In this document: in pieces, positions 12,469 through 24,992 of the stretch
How positions within the stretch are numbered: the stretch's first letter is position 1
Layout of the letters: each line of letters opens with the position of its first letter
From: Octopus vulgaris
Taxonomy: Eukaryota
Assembly: GCA_951406725.2 (NCBI GenBank)
Contig: OX597818.1
Span: forward strand, 120,404,001-120,468,000
DNA: 64,000 nucleotides
Reading direction: 5' to 3'
Made by a program: the position numbers and the translations under genes
Notes under the pieces: model-generated
What the model saw: only the letters and a program-made list of their open reading frames with translations
What the model was told of the DNA's origin: nothing
Databases searched by the model: none

Positions 12469-12701
12469 TTAACCCTTTTGTTACCATATTTCTGTTGAGA
12501 TGCTCTGTGTTTCTTTCAATTAATTTTAAATATAACAAAGAATTTAGTAAAAAAAAAACCTAGTTATCATTAAGCTAGTATTAGGAACATAAATTGTGAT
12601 TAAGGTTTGGTGAAAGATTTTAATTCAAAACTTGTAAAAGCAAGACATTTGTACTACAGAGCCAGAGCCAGTTTCAGCTGGGTTGGTAACAAAAGGGTTA
12701 A
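12469..12701. mobile_element. piggyBac-like MITE (~230 bp, family D)
   Basis: TTAACCCTTTTGTTACC...GGTAACAAAAGGGTTAA TIRs with TTAA at both ends. Confidence 0.88.
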
Positions 12702-12956
12702 GGCACATTGTAACAAGTACCTGAGTGTGACGGAGTAAGTACCCCTAACCCTAAATTTGTAAATTTGGATAAGTGATTAGTTTATATGCCATAGTGAGGT
12801 GAGGGTCCTGACATTTCAAGTAAAACCCTTTTTCCATTATATTTATATGCCTGTCTGTACAATGTATTTAGAAATGCTTTGATGCCATATTCGACTGCTT
12901 GTCCATCTTTTTGGCAGAAACGTTGGACCACAGGATGAAATGCTTAAGGGTAGTTT

Positions 12957-13085
12957 ATAGGCGTAGGAGTGGCTGTGTGGTAAGTAGCTTGCTTACCAGC
13001 CACATGGTTCTGGGTTCAGTCCCACTCGGGCCAACCAAAGCCTTGTGAGTGGATTTGGTAGGCGGAAACTGAAAGAAGCCCATCG

Positions 13086-13130
<45 letters not shown>

Positions 13131-13400
13131 ATATATATGTTGGCCATCCAACCCATGCTAGCATGGAAAACGGACGTTAAATGATGATGATGATGTTTGT
13201 GTGTCTGTGTTTGTACTCCCAACATCACTTGACAACCAATGCTGGTGTGTTTATGTCCCCGTAACCTAGTGGTTTGGCAAAAGAGACTGATAGAATAATT
13301 ACTAGGCTTACAAAGAATAAGTCCTGGGGTCGATTTGCTCGACTAAAGGCGGTGCTCCAGCATGGCCACAGTCAAATAGCTGAAACAAGTAAAAGAGTAT
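12957..13400 (+). mobile_element. SINE family B with an internal deletion and a family-C tail fragment inserted in its microsatellite
   Basis: B head and tail match 22228-22639. 13144-13196 is a family-C 3' end with (GAT)n. Confidence 0.85.
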
Positions 13401-13498
13401 ATCTATATATTTATGTGTGTGTGTGTGTGTGTGAGATTTTTATCTTTACGTGTCATTGCATTGTCATTACTTGGGCAATGGTGGTATTTCTTTAAATA

Positions 13499-13729
13499 AG
13501 GTGGAGAGCTGGCAGAAACGTTAGCATGCTGGGCAAAATGCATAGCCGTATTTCGTCTGCCGTTACATTCTGAGTTCAAATCCCGCCGAGGTCGACTTCG
13601 CCTTTCATCCTTTCGGGGTCGATGAATTAAGTACCAGTTTCGTACTGGGGTCGATATAATCGACTTAATCCGTTTGTCTGTCCTTGATTGTCCCCTCTGT
13701 GTTAGCCCCTTGTGGGCAGTAAAGAAATA
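13499..13729 (+). mobile_element. SINE family A
   Basis: Full length, flanked by near-perfect TSD GGTAyTTCTTTAAAT. Confidence 0.88.
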
Positions 13730-14633
13730 GGTACTTCTTTAAATCTTGCATTCTGGTTGTCTAATCTGTAAAACCAAGAACAAAAAAAAAAAAATGGGCA
13801 AATAAAATGCTTTATTTGAAAACAAGTCTGTTTGCATCTGGAAGGGTATTTAGATTTAGGATATGACATTAAGTTTTCTTCACCACATGACAATATGGAA
13901 AAAGCAGACACAAAACCAATGATAGCATAGATGACTAATAACATTTGCTAGTGCAGAACAGCTCTTGTTTTCATGGACTCTGACTTTTATTTATTTGGTA
14001 CATAGTCAATTTGGTCATACACAGTTTTTCTGAGACAAGCATAGGACTGCTTGGAGTGTGGGAAGAATGGGTGTGGGAAAAACTATTATAGAATTTAACG
14101 GCAACAACTATGACCAGGGAAATTCCTGTCAGCCTAGAAAAACTGGCTTTTTTTTTTTTCCTAAGGATTGGCACCAAAATCATGAACATCTAATTTAGTT
14201 AATTTCAGCTTAGTTTATTTGTACATCCTGAAAATTTAAGTGTATGTGTGTGTGTGTGTAGGCACATATACCTGTATATTAGCTCGCATTCATGAATATA
14301 CATTTAAATGAATACAAACATAAGCTCACACACATACACTTTTATACACAATGTAATGTGTGTGCAATCACTCATTTTTACGCAGTAGCTAATTGGTGGA
14401 AGAAGAACATTGTTACTTCTAACAGTCCTGCCTCTGTTTTAGCTCAGAGTTACAGTTGTCTAGTTTATCATTGTTTTAACTAACGTTATCATGAGCCTTC
14501 TGGTGTAAGAGGCATGTGGTAATTTTGCATTACTATCAACATACTGTATTTTCAATATGAATAAATATCATGTGTTACAGATCTGGCTACATACTATATA
14601 GTGTTAGATGTATTTTGGTACCATGTTTAAAAC

Positions 14634-15147
14634 ATCATCATCATCGTTTAACGTCCGCTTTCCATGCTAGCATGGGTTGGACGATTTTGACTGAGGGCTA
14701 GCGAACCAGATGGCTGCACCAGGCTCCAGTCTTGATTTGGCAGAGTTTCCACAGCTGGATGCCCTTCCTAATGCCAACCACTCCGAGAATGTAGTGGGTG
14801 CTTTTTACGTGCCACAGGTGCCAGGGGAGGCTGGCAGCAGCCACGATTGGTTGGTGCTTTTTATGTGCCACCAGCACAGAAGCCAGTCAAGGCAGTGCTG
14901 GCATCGGCCACATTCGGATGGGGCTTTTTATGTGCCACCGGCACAGGTATCACAACTACAATTTCCATTTGATATTTATTTTGAATAACTCAATAGGTTT
15001 CCTCAAGCACAGCAGGTCACATGCTGTAGAAACACTGGCAGATCAGACTGGAGCCTGGTGCAGCCTCCTGGCTTCCCAGACCCCCTGGTCGAACCGTCCA
15101 ACCCATGCTAGCATGGAAAACGGACATTAAACGATGATGATGATGAT
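14634..15147. mobile_element. Two family-C copies in inverted (tail-outward) arrangement
   Basis: 14634-14950 on the minus strand and 15020-15147 on the plus strand. Confidence 0.8.
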
Positions 15148-16354
15148 CCTCATTCCAAGTTACCAAAAGTCCTGTTGTACTTGTTCCAGCCATTGGACCG
15201 TGACCGTGCTGGTGCACCCCCTTGAAGGGCTTTAGTCAAACCGATTGACCCCTGTACTTATGTTTTTTTAAGTCTAGTACATATTCTATTGGTCTCTTAT
15301 GCCAACCTGCTAAGTTATGGTGGGTGACACTCACACCCATACACGATGGGCTTCCACATAGTTTTCATTTCCCAAATTGACTCACTAGACTTTGGTCAGT
15401 ATGGGGCTACAGTAGAAGACACTTGCCGAAGGTGCTGTGCAGTAGGACTGAACCCAAAACTACATGGTAGCAAAGCAAATTTCTTAACCACACAGCCATG
15501 TCTGTGCCTGTTTATGAAACCATATGGATATTTGTCATATCTATATATATATTTATTCGTAATTTGTGCTATATTGGTACTCTAATTAAAAAATGTTAAT
15601 ACTCAAAGAAGCACCATTCTTCTTAATTAAGCTGTTGGCCATTTGTTATCTATTGTTGATGTGCACAATGTCTATATGGTAAGATCTATTATATCTTCTT
15701 TTAGATCTATTATATGAGATGTCATTGTGTACTCTACATATTGTAGATATACACAGTCTCTCTCTTTCTCTCTCTCTCTGCTGTAATAAACCTATCCTAC
15801 AACACTGGATTAGATTAGATATGTCAATCTATTCAAACAATTTCTTAAGAGTTCTAACTCTTTTCACTTGACTGACTTTACTTCCTCACCAGTGAATATG
15901 TGTGTTGTGTATTTATGTCTGGTCTTCTACTTTGTAAAATGAAAAATTTTCTCTTTAGTCTGTCAATGGTAGTATTGATTTGGCAGTTGTATGAGTGTTC
16001 TAGGTTCCCTCTGTATTTGTTTGTTAATGGAATGAAATTCTGTCATCATTGTTTGAACATCTAATTTTCCATGCTAGCATGATTTTGGACATATCTACAG
16101 TAAAGCATATTACTGCTTCACATAACAATACTATTATGGGTCAGTGAAAGAACTACCACACAGTCACTTAGTCTGCCAAAATTTCAACCAAATCTTTAAA
16201 TTATACTCTTCCATCTTGGAAATGGATGAATACACTTAAGTAAATGGGATCTTTGTTAATTATGATAATGATTATTCAGTTATTTGATCAACTGAACTAC
16301 CTGCTTACTGAATTAACATAAAAGGGGCTGGATATTTTGTAGCCATGTGTGCCC

Positions 16355-16582
16355 TTAACCCTTTAGCATTCAGATTAATTTATTAAATGTAATGTTTATG
16401 TATCCATATTTTAAAAAATTAATCACATATTATCTTGTAGCTTCAAGATTTTGAAGTTGTAATCATTTAATTTTACAATGACATTGTAAGGTAGGTGGGA
16501 GAGACTGGATCTGGTCAGTTTGAACATAAAACATGTAGACCATTTGGGCCAGATATGGCCGGTTTAAATGTTAAAGGGTTAA
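16355..16582. mobile_element. Second TTAA-type MITE family (E)
   Basis: TTAACCCTTTAGCATT...AATGTTAAAGGGTTAA. Related copies at 22868-23080 and a partial copy at ~33560-33702. Confidence 0.8.
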
Positions 16583-16745
16583 CATACCTGTCTACACAGC
16601 ATTTTCATAAGTTTGTCCTAAATGTCCATGCTTGTTTTTAAACTTTTAGTTAGGTCTAGTTTCATATGTTCTCATTAATATAAAGCTCTCATTTCATAAG
16701 TGCCAATCAACTCTATGGATGAAAAAAAAATTATTGCATTATATA

Positions 16746-17030
16746 CAGGCTTGTCACACAATGCCATTCTTAACATTTAACACTTCCCCTGTCTTGTTTA
16801 TCACATGAAATGCAATACACGAGACCTATTTCTGTGGTGTCCAAGAATTGTATCATCATCATCATCATCATCGTTTAACATCTAGCATGGAGAACGGACG
16901 TTAAACGATGATAATGATGATGATACGATGCTTGGACACCACAGAAATAGGTCTCGTGTATTGCATTTCATGTGATAAACAAGACAGGGGAAGTGTTAAA
17001 TGTTAAGAATGGCATTGTGTGACAAGCCTG
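16746..17030. repeat. Long inverted repeat (fold-back) with perfect 100-bp outer arms
   Basis: 16746-16845 is the exact reverse complement of 16931-17030. Pairing continues imperfectly through (CAT)n/(ATG)n to a ~14-nt loop. Confidence 0.95.
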
Positions 17031-17302
17031 GATCTTATAGATTACAGGCACAAACCAACTGATGGATATCTCCACAGTTTTTGTGTATCCAGTTTCACTC
17101 CCAAGGGTTGGATTGACCTGAAGCTGTGGCAATGCACTTAATTGTCAGAGATATCATGAAATGTTATTGAACTTGTGCCCTTCTAATTGTGAAGTGAACC
17201 TCTTAGCCATTCTTAGCTAAGTGAACTATAATCATACTGAGTCCAAAACTGAATAAAGAGATTTTGTATATAATATGTAAGAAAAAACAAAACAAAACAA
17301 AA

Positions 17303-17530
17303 TTGACCCTTTTGCTACCAACCCGGCTGAAACCGGCTCTGGATCTGAGTACAAATGTCTTGTTTTCATGAGTTTTGAATTAAAATCTTTCACCAAACCT
17401 TAGTCACAATTTATGTTCCTAACACTAAATTAATGATAACTAAGTTACTTTACTAAATTCTTTGTTATATTTAAAATAATTGAAAGAAACACAGAGCATC
17501 TCAAAATAAATACAGTAACGAAAGGGTTAA
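17303..17530. mobile_element. piggyBac-like MITE (family D)
   Basis: Same body and TIRs as 12469-12701, opposite orientation. Confidence 0.85.
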
Positions 17531-18791
17531 GAAAACAACAAAAAAAAAAACTGGATTGTTGATTTGAATGATATAGCTTTGTCACAAAGCAATATTTTCT
17601 AAGAGACTGTTCTAATGGCTTGCACCCAGTCATTTGACTGACTCTTGAGTATAAAATTTGGATTGGACACAGCTGATCTGGTGCTATGCAACAACCACCT
17701 TGTTATCATTTTGATCATCATATCCAATAAAATGAGACCCTCTCTGTCTACTTTACAAGTACTCCATGAAATGTCAGGAGCAAAATTAGACTACAAATGC
17801 ATTATGGGAGTACTAACTTGTTAGACAAATGTTCTTGCAGTTACATCTTTTTAAGTCTGTGAATTCCTTGGTTTCTTTACATATTGGTTTAATCAATAAA
17901 GTTATTATATATCCTCGTCTCTGTTAAAGTCAGTTTTTATTGCTTTCATTGATTAAAGTAGTATTGATAGCATTGCTATTGATACTGAGATTTCATCTTT
18001 GCTTTACTGAATCTTCTTAATTGATTGTATATACATATGTAGACATTTGGATATATGTAATAAAGTAGTATTATAGGTTTTAATAGTTTACAAGTGCCAT
18101 ACAAATTTATAGATGCAAGAGATTGAGACAAGTTTCACTTTCACTTTTACACCTGCTACTACAAGTTGGTATGGGTTGGACATGTTTTCTGAGGTATTGG
18201 TTAACATCCAGATAAGACACTCTTTTTGTTGCCACTCCTTTTTGTCACCTCTTATGATATACAAGGAACAATACTTCAATATACATGTATGTTGAAGGAA
18301 CAAGCCTTCAATATACAAGGCCCTAACATTGGTACAAGGTTGTAAATATTTTGGAGGTTGAGTTCAGTCAGTGAGTGTTGTACTAATGATGGCCATCTAG
18401 CCAGAAATGTATGTTTATGACTGTCCTCTTATCTCCAGACAATAACACTCTTTTCCTTAATGGTATGTCAACTTTAGGGAAATTCTGAAGTGGTGCTGAT
18501 CTTAATTGCCATTTGGTAATTACAGCACATCTTCTAGAGACAGAGATAATTTTAATAAATCAAAAATTTATGTTGTATCATATTTGATATACCTGTATTT
18601 GTCTGTTGTTCAGATTTGTGCCACTGGCTACTCTAAGTTATTTCTCTTAGCTCCTTTTTGTTTAAATTAATAATACTTGTATTTGTTTCAAATAATGGAA
18701 CTAGGCCAATTTTGTTGGATGATATAAATTAAATTAACTCAAATGAAGAGATTTTATTTCAGATAATTTGCACAGCATCATGCCTTCTAAG

Positions 18792-18833
<42 letters not shown>

Positions 18834-19969
18834 TTAATGATATACTGATGGCGACTTCTATTTCTTGCCTGTTTATTTACCACTTGTTTGAAATAGTCAT
18901 GTTGAAATAGAACTACACTGTGTCTCATGAAGTTTAACCATTTGGTTTCAGTTTCATATTCATGTCTTCATGTACCTCCTATGGGAAACCAAATAAAAAA
19001 AATTTCTAAGCAATCACAAGTATTTTTTATCATTGAATCCATGTAAGTGGCAAATTGAGATTTTGGTTATGTTTATTTTAGATCCTCTTTCCTCGCACAC
19101 ACTTTCACAAAAGGGAACTCTATGACCTGCAAAGGAAGGACTTAAATATGTAGGGCAATTTATCAATGATAGCTTTGTTTTGTCATCTTTCAAACGCTGG
19201 CCAAAGCTAAAAGGAAACTGCTAGGAAAGTCTGAAATCACTTCCTTGAATTTAGCAGTTAACAACTTACTATATTATAACAGCTTGTTTTGTGAGGAAAT
19301 ATATGTAGTATTTAAAACATATGGTCTCTTTCTTTCTTTCTCTCTCTTTTTCTCTCTCCTCTCCTTTTCTCCATTTGTTAGTTTCTTGATTTCTGATCTA
19401 TTTAGTTTCTAAAAACTCATTTCAAAGTAATAACTATTCAGCAGTTACTATTTTGAGGGGTTAATTAATTGCTGATAATTAATCCCCTATTTTCATCAGA
19501 TTGCAGTTTAAAAAGAATTATAATAAAATAACAACTTTTAATTAATTCAGCTCCTTGATTGATAGCTCACTTCCTGTGTTAGCCCTTGTCTTTAATTAAT
19601 ATATCAAATTCTCTCCTTTTTCTTTATGAAATAGATTTTCATTTGCTCTTTAGTTGAGCTTTGTTCAATTTCTTTTTTCTTTCAAGTTTGAGTTTGGGTA
19701 GGAATTTTTACTCTGAATTATTTCATTCAATGAATTGAGCTTTTGGAAAAATTGATTTCATAAATGGTGTTTTTGCATTGAAATAGTATTGAGTCAGTGA
19801 TTCATTTCTACTTTTTTTTTATCCTGTTAAAAGTAAATCACACTGACTGCATTTGGAATAACTGGTGTGTAGTATTAAATGTTGCAGATATTTATCAAGG
19901 AAATGATCTCAGCTGAAACCTTGTATAATTATTAGCAGGAATAATTTAAATTTTGTTATATCTTAGTAG

Positions 19970-20287
19970 GATCATTATGCCAATAATAAGTACACACCCC
20001 CACATTGGTTCTATTTCACTTCTGATGTTATTATTATTATCATTATTATCAATAGTTAACCATTTAACCAATAGACTCATTTGTTTGATTAATTATTCAA
20101 TCAGTCAATCAATTAGCTAGGTTTGTTAAAGTCCTTTCATTGTCATTCATGACCTTATCAGTGAGATTCATTCTCTATGTCAGGTAGTCTGTCTCCAGCT
20201 GAGTTGGTTAAATGATTAATTAACTAACTAATAATAATAAAAGAACTGAAATAGAACCAATGATTGTGTATTATTGACACAATGACC
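19970..20287. repeat. Degenerate inverted repeat (~100-bp arms)
   Basis: CATTGGTTCTATTTCA pairs with TGAAATAGAACCAATG, TTAACCATTTAACCAA with TTGGTTAAATGATTAA, and the outer ends also pair. Confidence 0.75.
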
Positions 20288-21816
20288 CTCCTAAGATTCA
20301 ACAAAATCTGCACAATTTCACACCAAGAATCTCCCAAACCGGTTACAGAAATGAATTATTATGAAATCATTTTGTAAATTATCTAAAGAAATTAAAGAAC
20401 TGAATCTTTTTACTGTCTGTTTGTTTAGTTTCTTCTACAATTTAATATCATGTACCCCTTTGCTTTTGAGTAAGATGTCTTAGACCGTTCTCTTCATGGA
20501 AAATAGATAAGGGAGAAAATGATTTGGCAGTTGTATAAGGTACCTTCTAGGTACACTTTGTTAATGGAATGAAATTCTGTCATTATTGTTTGAGCATCTT
20601 ATTTTTCATGCTAGCTTGATTTTGGACATATTTACAGCAAAACATATTGCTGCTTCGAAAAACAATACTGTCGTGGGCCTATGAAGGAGCCATCACACAA
20701 TAATTTAAGTTGCCAAAATTTCAACCAAATCTTCAAATTATATTCTCCCACCTTGAAACTGGACAGTTAAAGTGAATTTAGTAAATGGGGGTTGATTTTG
20801 GATATTTAGTTGTTCAGTCAGCTGGACTACCTGGTCACGGAGTTTGTGAGTAAATAAATGGTGCTGGTGCCACGCAAAAATCACCCAGTACACTGTGAAA
20901 TGGTTTAACATTAGGAAAAGCATTCAACCATTGAGACCATGCCAAAGTAAACATTAGAATCTGGTGCAGTCCTTTAATTTGCCAGCTCCTGTCGAATCAA
21001 CTTTAAAGGATGATAATGTAAAGGACTGAGTATTCTATGAACATATATACCCTTTAATGTTTTATGGGAAAAATATCAAAGTCTCAAGACATTGCTGTGA
21101 ATTGCATATGTGCATAATTTGTGTCATCATATAAAGATTGAAATAAAATATGCAGAACTGTTTTTTTTTTTCTCTTTTTTGTCTGCTTATGGTCATGTGA
21201 GTGGCTATTGTCTTGTGATCATGATCATTGTCTTATTTCCTGGAAGAAACATATTTGGTCTTTTAACAATCCAGAAATATTTACATATTCTTTGTTCCTG
21301 ATGTGTTTTGTTTTAAGCAAATTATTTTTTGGACAAATAATTATTCAGCAATTAGTCACTGACTAATGATATTTATGTCTCACTGCATATTTACTTCAAG
21401 TTAGGTTTTTAATGTTTCATGTATTAAATATGTTATCACTGAATGTATCTATTGTTTTTCATAGATGGCATCTCTGAATTTATTATTTTCAATAGAATTA
21501 AATTGAATTAAATTTAGCACAATTCTTATTCATTTCAAAGTAAAGCATTTTACTGGTGTTCTTTCCTGATGTAGCTAGAAAAGAAAAGAACTGAAGCCTA
21601 GATAAATAGTATACATTTATAAAGATTAGTTTGTCTTCAATATAGGAGTATTCCATACATAAAAATCTTTTTGAGGTGGATGGGTAATATTTAGCTTCAG
21701 ATTTGAGGAAGAAAGCAGAAGATGCAAATTTTACTGTTGAATAGACTTCGTCTATGACAGGTAACATTCCCATCTTATCTAGTATCTGCCCTTGGAAGTT
21801 TGGTGAACTAAAGCAA

Positions 21817-22188
21817 TCTCTCTATATATATAAACGGCAAAATGTCTGTCTGTGTGTATATGTGCGTGTCCTTTATCCACAATTTTTCAGTTAGAGGGCT
21901 CGCACTTTCTATGGTCATTTAAAACCGTCCAAGACTGGTCGTGCACATCTTTACATTTCCCTAGTCACCCTGCAAAGCCATTAAAAAATCAATAGAAGTG
22001 ACTTTTTTGTGAACTTTCTACCCAAAACCCAATCAAAATGCCCGAAACTTGATACGCCAATTGAATACCAGCTAGCTGTATGTGATTGGACGGAGATTTG
22101 GACAGTACTCGCATGTATGTGCATGCGCACGCAGCTGTATATGCATGCACTAGCACTATGACCTGGCGTTGCCGGGTCATAGTGCTAG
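21817..22188 (+). mobile_element. Non-autonomous Helitron
   Basis: Starts A|TC...TATATATAAA and ends with a GC-rich hairpin then CTAG|T. No TSD. Confidence 0.75.
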
Positions 22189-22227
22189 TGTAGAATAAAA
22201 TCTTTTGCTTTAAAATACATCACTCTC

Positions 22228-22639
22228 TCTTTTACTCTTTTACTTGTTTCAGTCATTTGACTGCGGCCATGCTGGAGCACCGCCTTTAGTTGAGCAACTC
22301 GACCCCGGGACTTATTCTTTGTAAGCCCAGTACTTATTCTATCGGTCTCTTTTTGCCGAACCGCTAAGTGACGAGGACATAAACACACCAGCATCGGTTG
22401 TCAAGCAATGCTAGGGGGACAGACACAGACACACAAACATACATGGACACACATATATATATATACATATATACGACGGGCTTCTTTCAGTTTCCGTCTA
22501 CCAAATCCACTCACAAGGCTTTGGTCAGCCCAAGGCTATAGTAGAAGACACTTGCCCAAGGTGCCACACAGTGGGACTGAACCTGGAACCATGTGGTTGG
22601 TAGGCAAGCTACTTACCACACAGCCACTCCTGCACCTAT
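22228..22639 (-). mobile_element. tRNA-derived SINE family B (~410 bp, CORE-like block, internal microsatellite)
   Basis: Minus strand: A-box TGGCTGTGTGG, B-box GGTTCAGTCCC, CORE-like GCACCTTGGGCAAGTGTCTT, (TA)/(TG) hinge, tail (GTAAAAGA)n. Confidence 0.88.
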
Positions 22640-22867
22640 GAAACTGCTAATTGTAAATTTGAACTTCAGCATAGAAATAGTTTAGTACTTAACCTACTTG
22701 GTCATCCTGTCTCTTCAGCTGACACCTACTTTAAGCTATCAACTTGCTAGAAGTAACAGCAAATCTCCTTTCATACTCTAATGTCACATGTGTAATCATG
22801 TGGTTTCAGGGCAATATACCTATCAGACTAAGAGCCCTTGGAGCCTGTGCTGGGATATAACTAAAGT

Positions 22868-23080
22868 TTAATCCTTTGCCATTTACTCTGACAAATGTAA
22901 TATTTCTTCAGATTGTTTTGAATTATGTACTATCTTGTAGCTTCAAGATTTTGGTGATGTGATTACATATTTTTAGAATGACATTTTGGGGTAGGTGTAA
23001 AAGGCCACATCTGGCCAGTTTTAACATAAATCAGAGAATATTTGGGTTGGATATGGCTACTTTAAATGCTAACGGGTTAA
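22868..23080. mobile_element. TTAA-type MITE family E, diverged copy
   Basis: Colinear with 16355-16582 and ends AATGCTAACGGGTTAA. Confidence 0.7.
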
Positions 23081-23545
23081 TGACTGGAATCAACAAAAGA
23101 ATATAAAGTTTGACCAAAATCTTTTGTGAATTGAAATGCTCAAAAGTATAATTCATTATTGTATTCTATTCTAGTTGCATGGGAATAGATTTTAGAAGTC
23201 TTCTCAAGTTGTTTTATCAAGAATGGAATTTTTTTTTAATTAAAAAAATTTTATTAGACATATATACGACAGACTTCTTTCAGTTTCCCTCTACCAAATC
23301 CTCTCATAAGGTTTTGGTTGACTTGAAGACACTTTCCCAAGCTGCCACACAGGGGGACTGAACCTGGAACCATGTGGTTGGATAGCTAGCTTCTTACCAT
23401 ACAGCCACGCCTAATAAGATAAAGTATCAGGCAAATACTGGGGGTGTTGTAATCAACTATCAGTTTTCTCTTAAAATTACTGGCCTTGTGCTAAAATCTG
23501 AACCAATAGACTACTCACACAAATTGGAAGCCCGTCGTATTTATG

Positions 23546-23576
<31 letters not shown>

Positions 23577-24774
23577 TTGTCCCCCCCCCTCATCACTTGA
23601 CAACCGATGCTGGTGTGTTTACGTCCCCGTAACTTAGCGGTTCGGCAAAAGAAACTGATAGAATAAGTACTAGGCTTACAAAGAATAAGTCCTGGGGTCG
23701 ACTAAAGGTGGTGCTCCAGCATGGCCACAGTCAAATGACTGAAACAAGTATAAGAGTAAAGAGTAGAGTCAGGTGAATAGAGCGTTTAGTAAATATAGTA
23801 TGCCAGGGTATGCAAACTTCTAACATCATCATCATCGTCATCATCATCATCAAGTCTCCTCCTATTTGTCATTACTCCCCACCCTGTTACACTGCCTACT
23901 GATCTCTGTACCAAGTTTACCACTGACTGACTGATGGTGATGATGGTGGTGGTGGTGATGATGATGATGGTGGTGGTGGTGGTGGTGGTGGTGTTGATGA
24001 TGCTGAGACAGACCTTCACCACCCTGTCACATACAATGACAGCAGAATTTAATCTCTAAACTGAAACTTGAGAATTGCTGATGTTTCCTGGGAATTAGGA
24101 ATCATTTCTCTCTCTGTATATTTATTTTTTCTAATTCTACTCTATCTTTCTTACCCCCATGTCACCCAACAATCTTTCTGACTCAAACCCTACCAACTCT
24201 CTTCTTCCCTTCTCCATCTTCCTTACATTTCCTCTCTCACTATTCTTCCTTTTTCCCCATCTCCCCTCTCTCTTCTTTCACCTTTCCTTCCTCTCTCACC
24301 CTTTCTCCTTCTCAGCTGACTTCAATATATATCCCTTGATGTTTTCTGATAACATTTAAATTTGTGTCTTTTTCAATTTCCCCTCATGGCTCCCTTTTTT
24401 TTTCTTTTTTAAATCTCACTCTTTCTTTCTCTCAAGTATTTCCTTAATCCCCTAAATTTGAATGGTTCCCACCCCAGTTTTTTTTTTTTTTTTTGAAGAG
24501 GAGGAAGTGGGGCTGAATTTTTTTTTTTTTTTTTTTTTTTTGTCTGGGAAAATTGTGAATCTTAAAGATTAAATTGCATCATCTGCGCAATTTTCTATTC
24601 TGCCACAACCAAACAAAACAGTATTTATTTCAGTTTCCTATTTAAATATTACCATTTTCTTCAAATATATATCCCAAGACTTCTACTGACTTGGGATTTT
24701 CTTATTTGTTTTTTATTCAAATAAAAATTCTATTGCTTAGATCTGTTTTATTAAAACCTGGTTTATTTTAACCT

Positions 24775-24992
24775 GTTGTTTAGCTAGCTCTGTGTTAGAT
24801 CTGACTAAGCAGGACTATAACCAGACATTCCAGCTATGATCACCTTGCCTTCTGTTATATGTTGCATTGCTCCAATTTATTTAATGTCACCTTTCCCTAC
24901 ACTTTTTTCAAGATGATAGAGTGTATCTGGGGTATTTGACTGTTATTTCTAGCAGCTCGTGTGACCATAGAGCTGTTTCCATGTTGGCTTGT
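24775..24992. repeat. Ancient dispersed repeat, representative copy
   Basis: Motif set 'gttgtttagc...cagacctatgatcaaagg...ccagc.atgac' and 'gatttggctgctatttctagcagg...gttggct' recurs degenerately at ~215-280, 6055-6240(-), 10520-10690, 12030-12180, 27490-27700, 28785-28980, 44455-44690, 49840-50030, 58505-58720 and 63455-63780. Confidence 0.65.

Noticed and set aside
19082-19150. Possible exon after tttattttAG
   Set aside because: All frames stop quickly or lack a convincing in-phase donor, and there is no similarity to the Tweety N-terminus.
21480-21810. Protein-like stretch (91-aa minus ORF; broken plus-strand frame)
   Set aside because: No recognisable family motif or splice structure, so it cannot be supported without a search.
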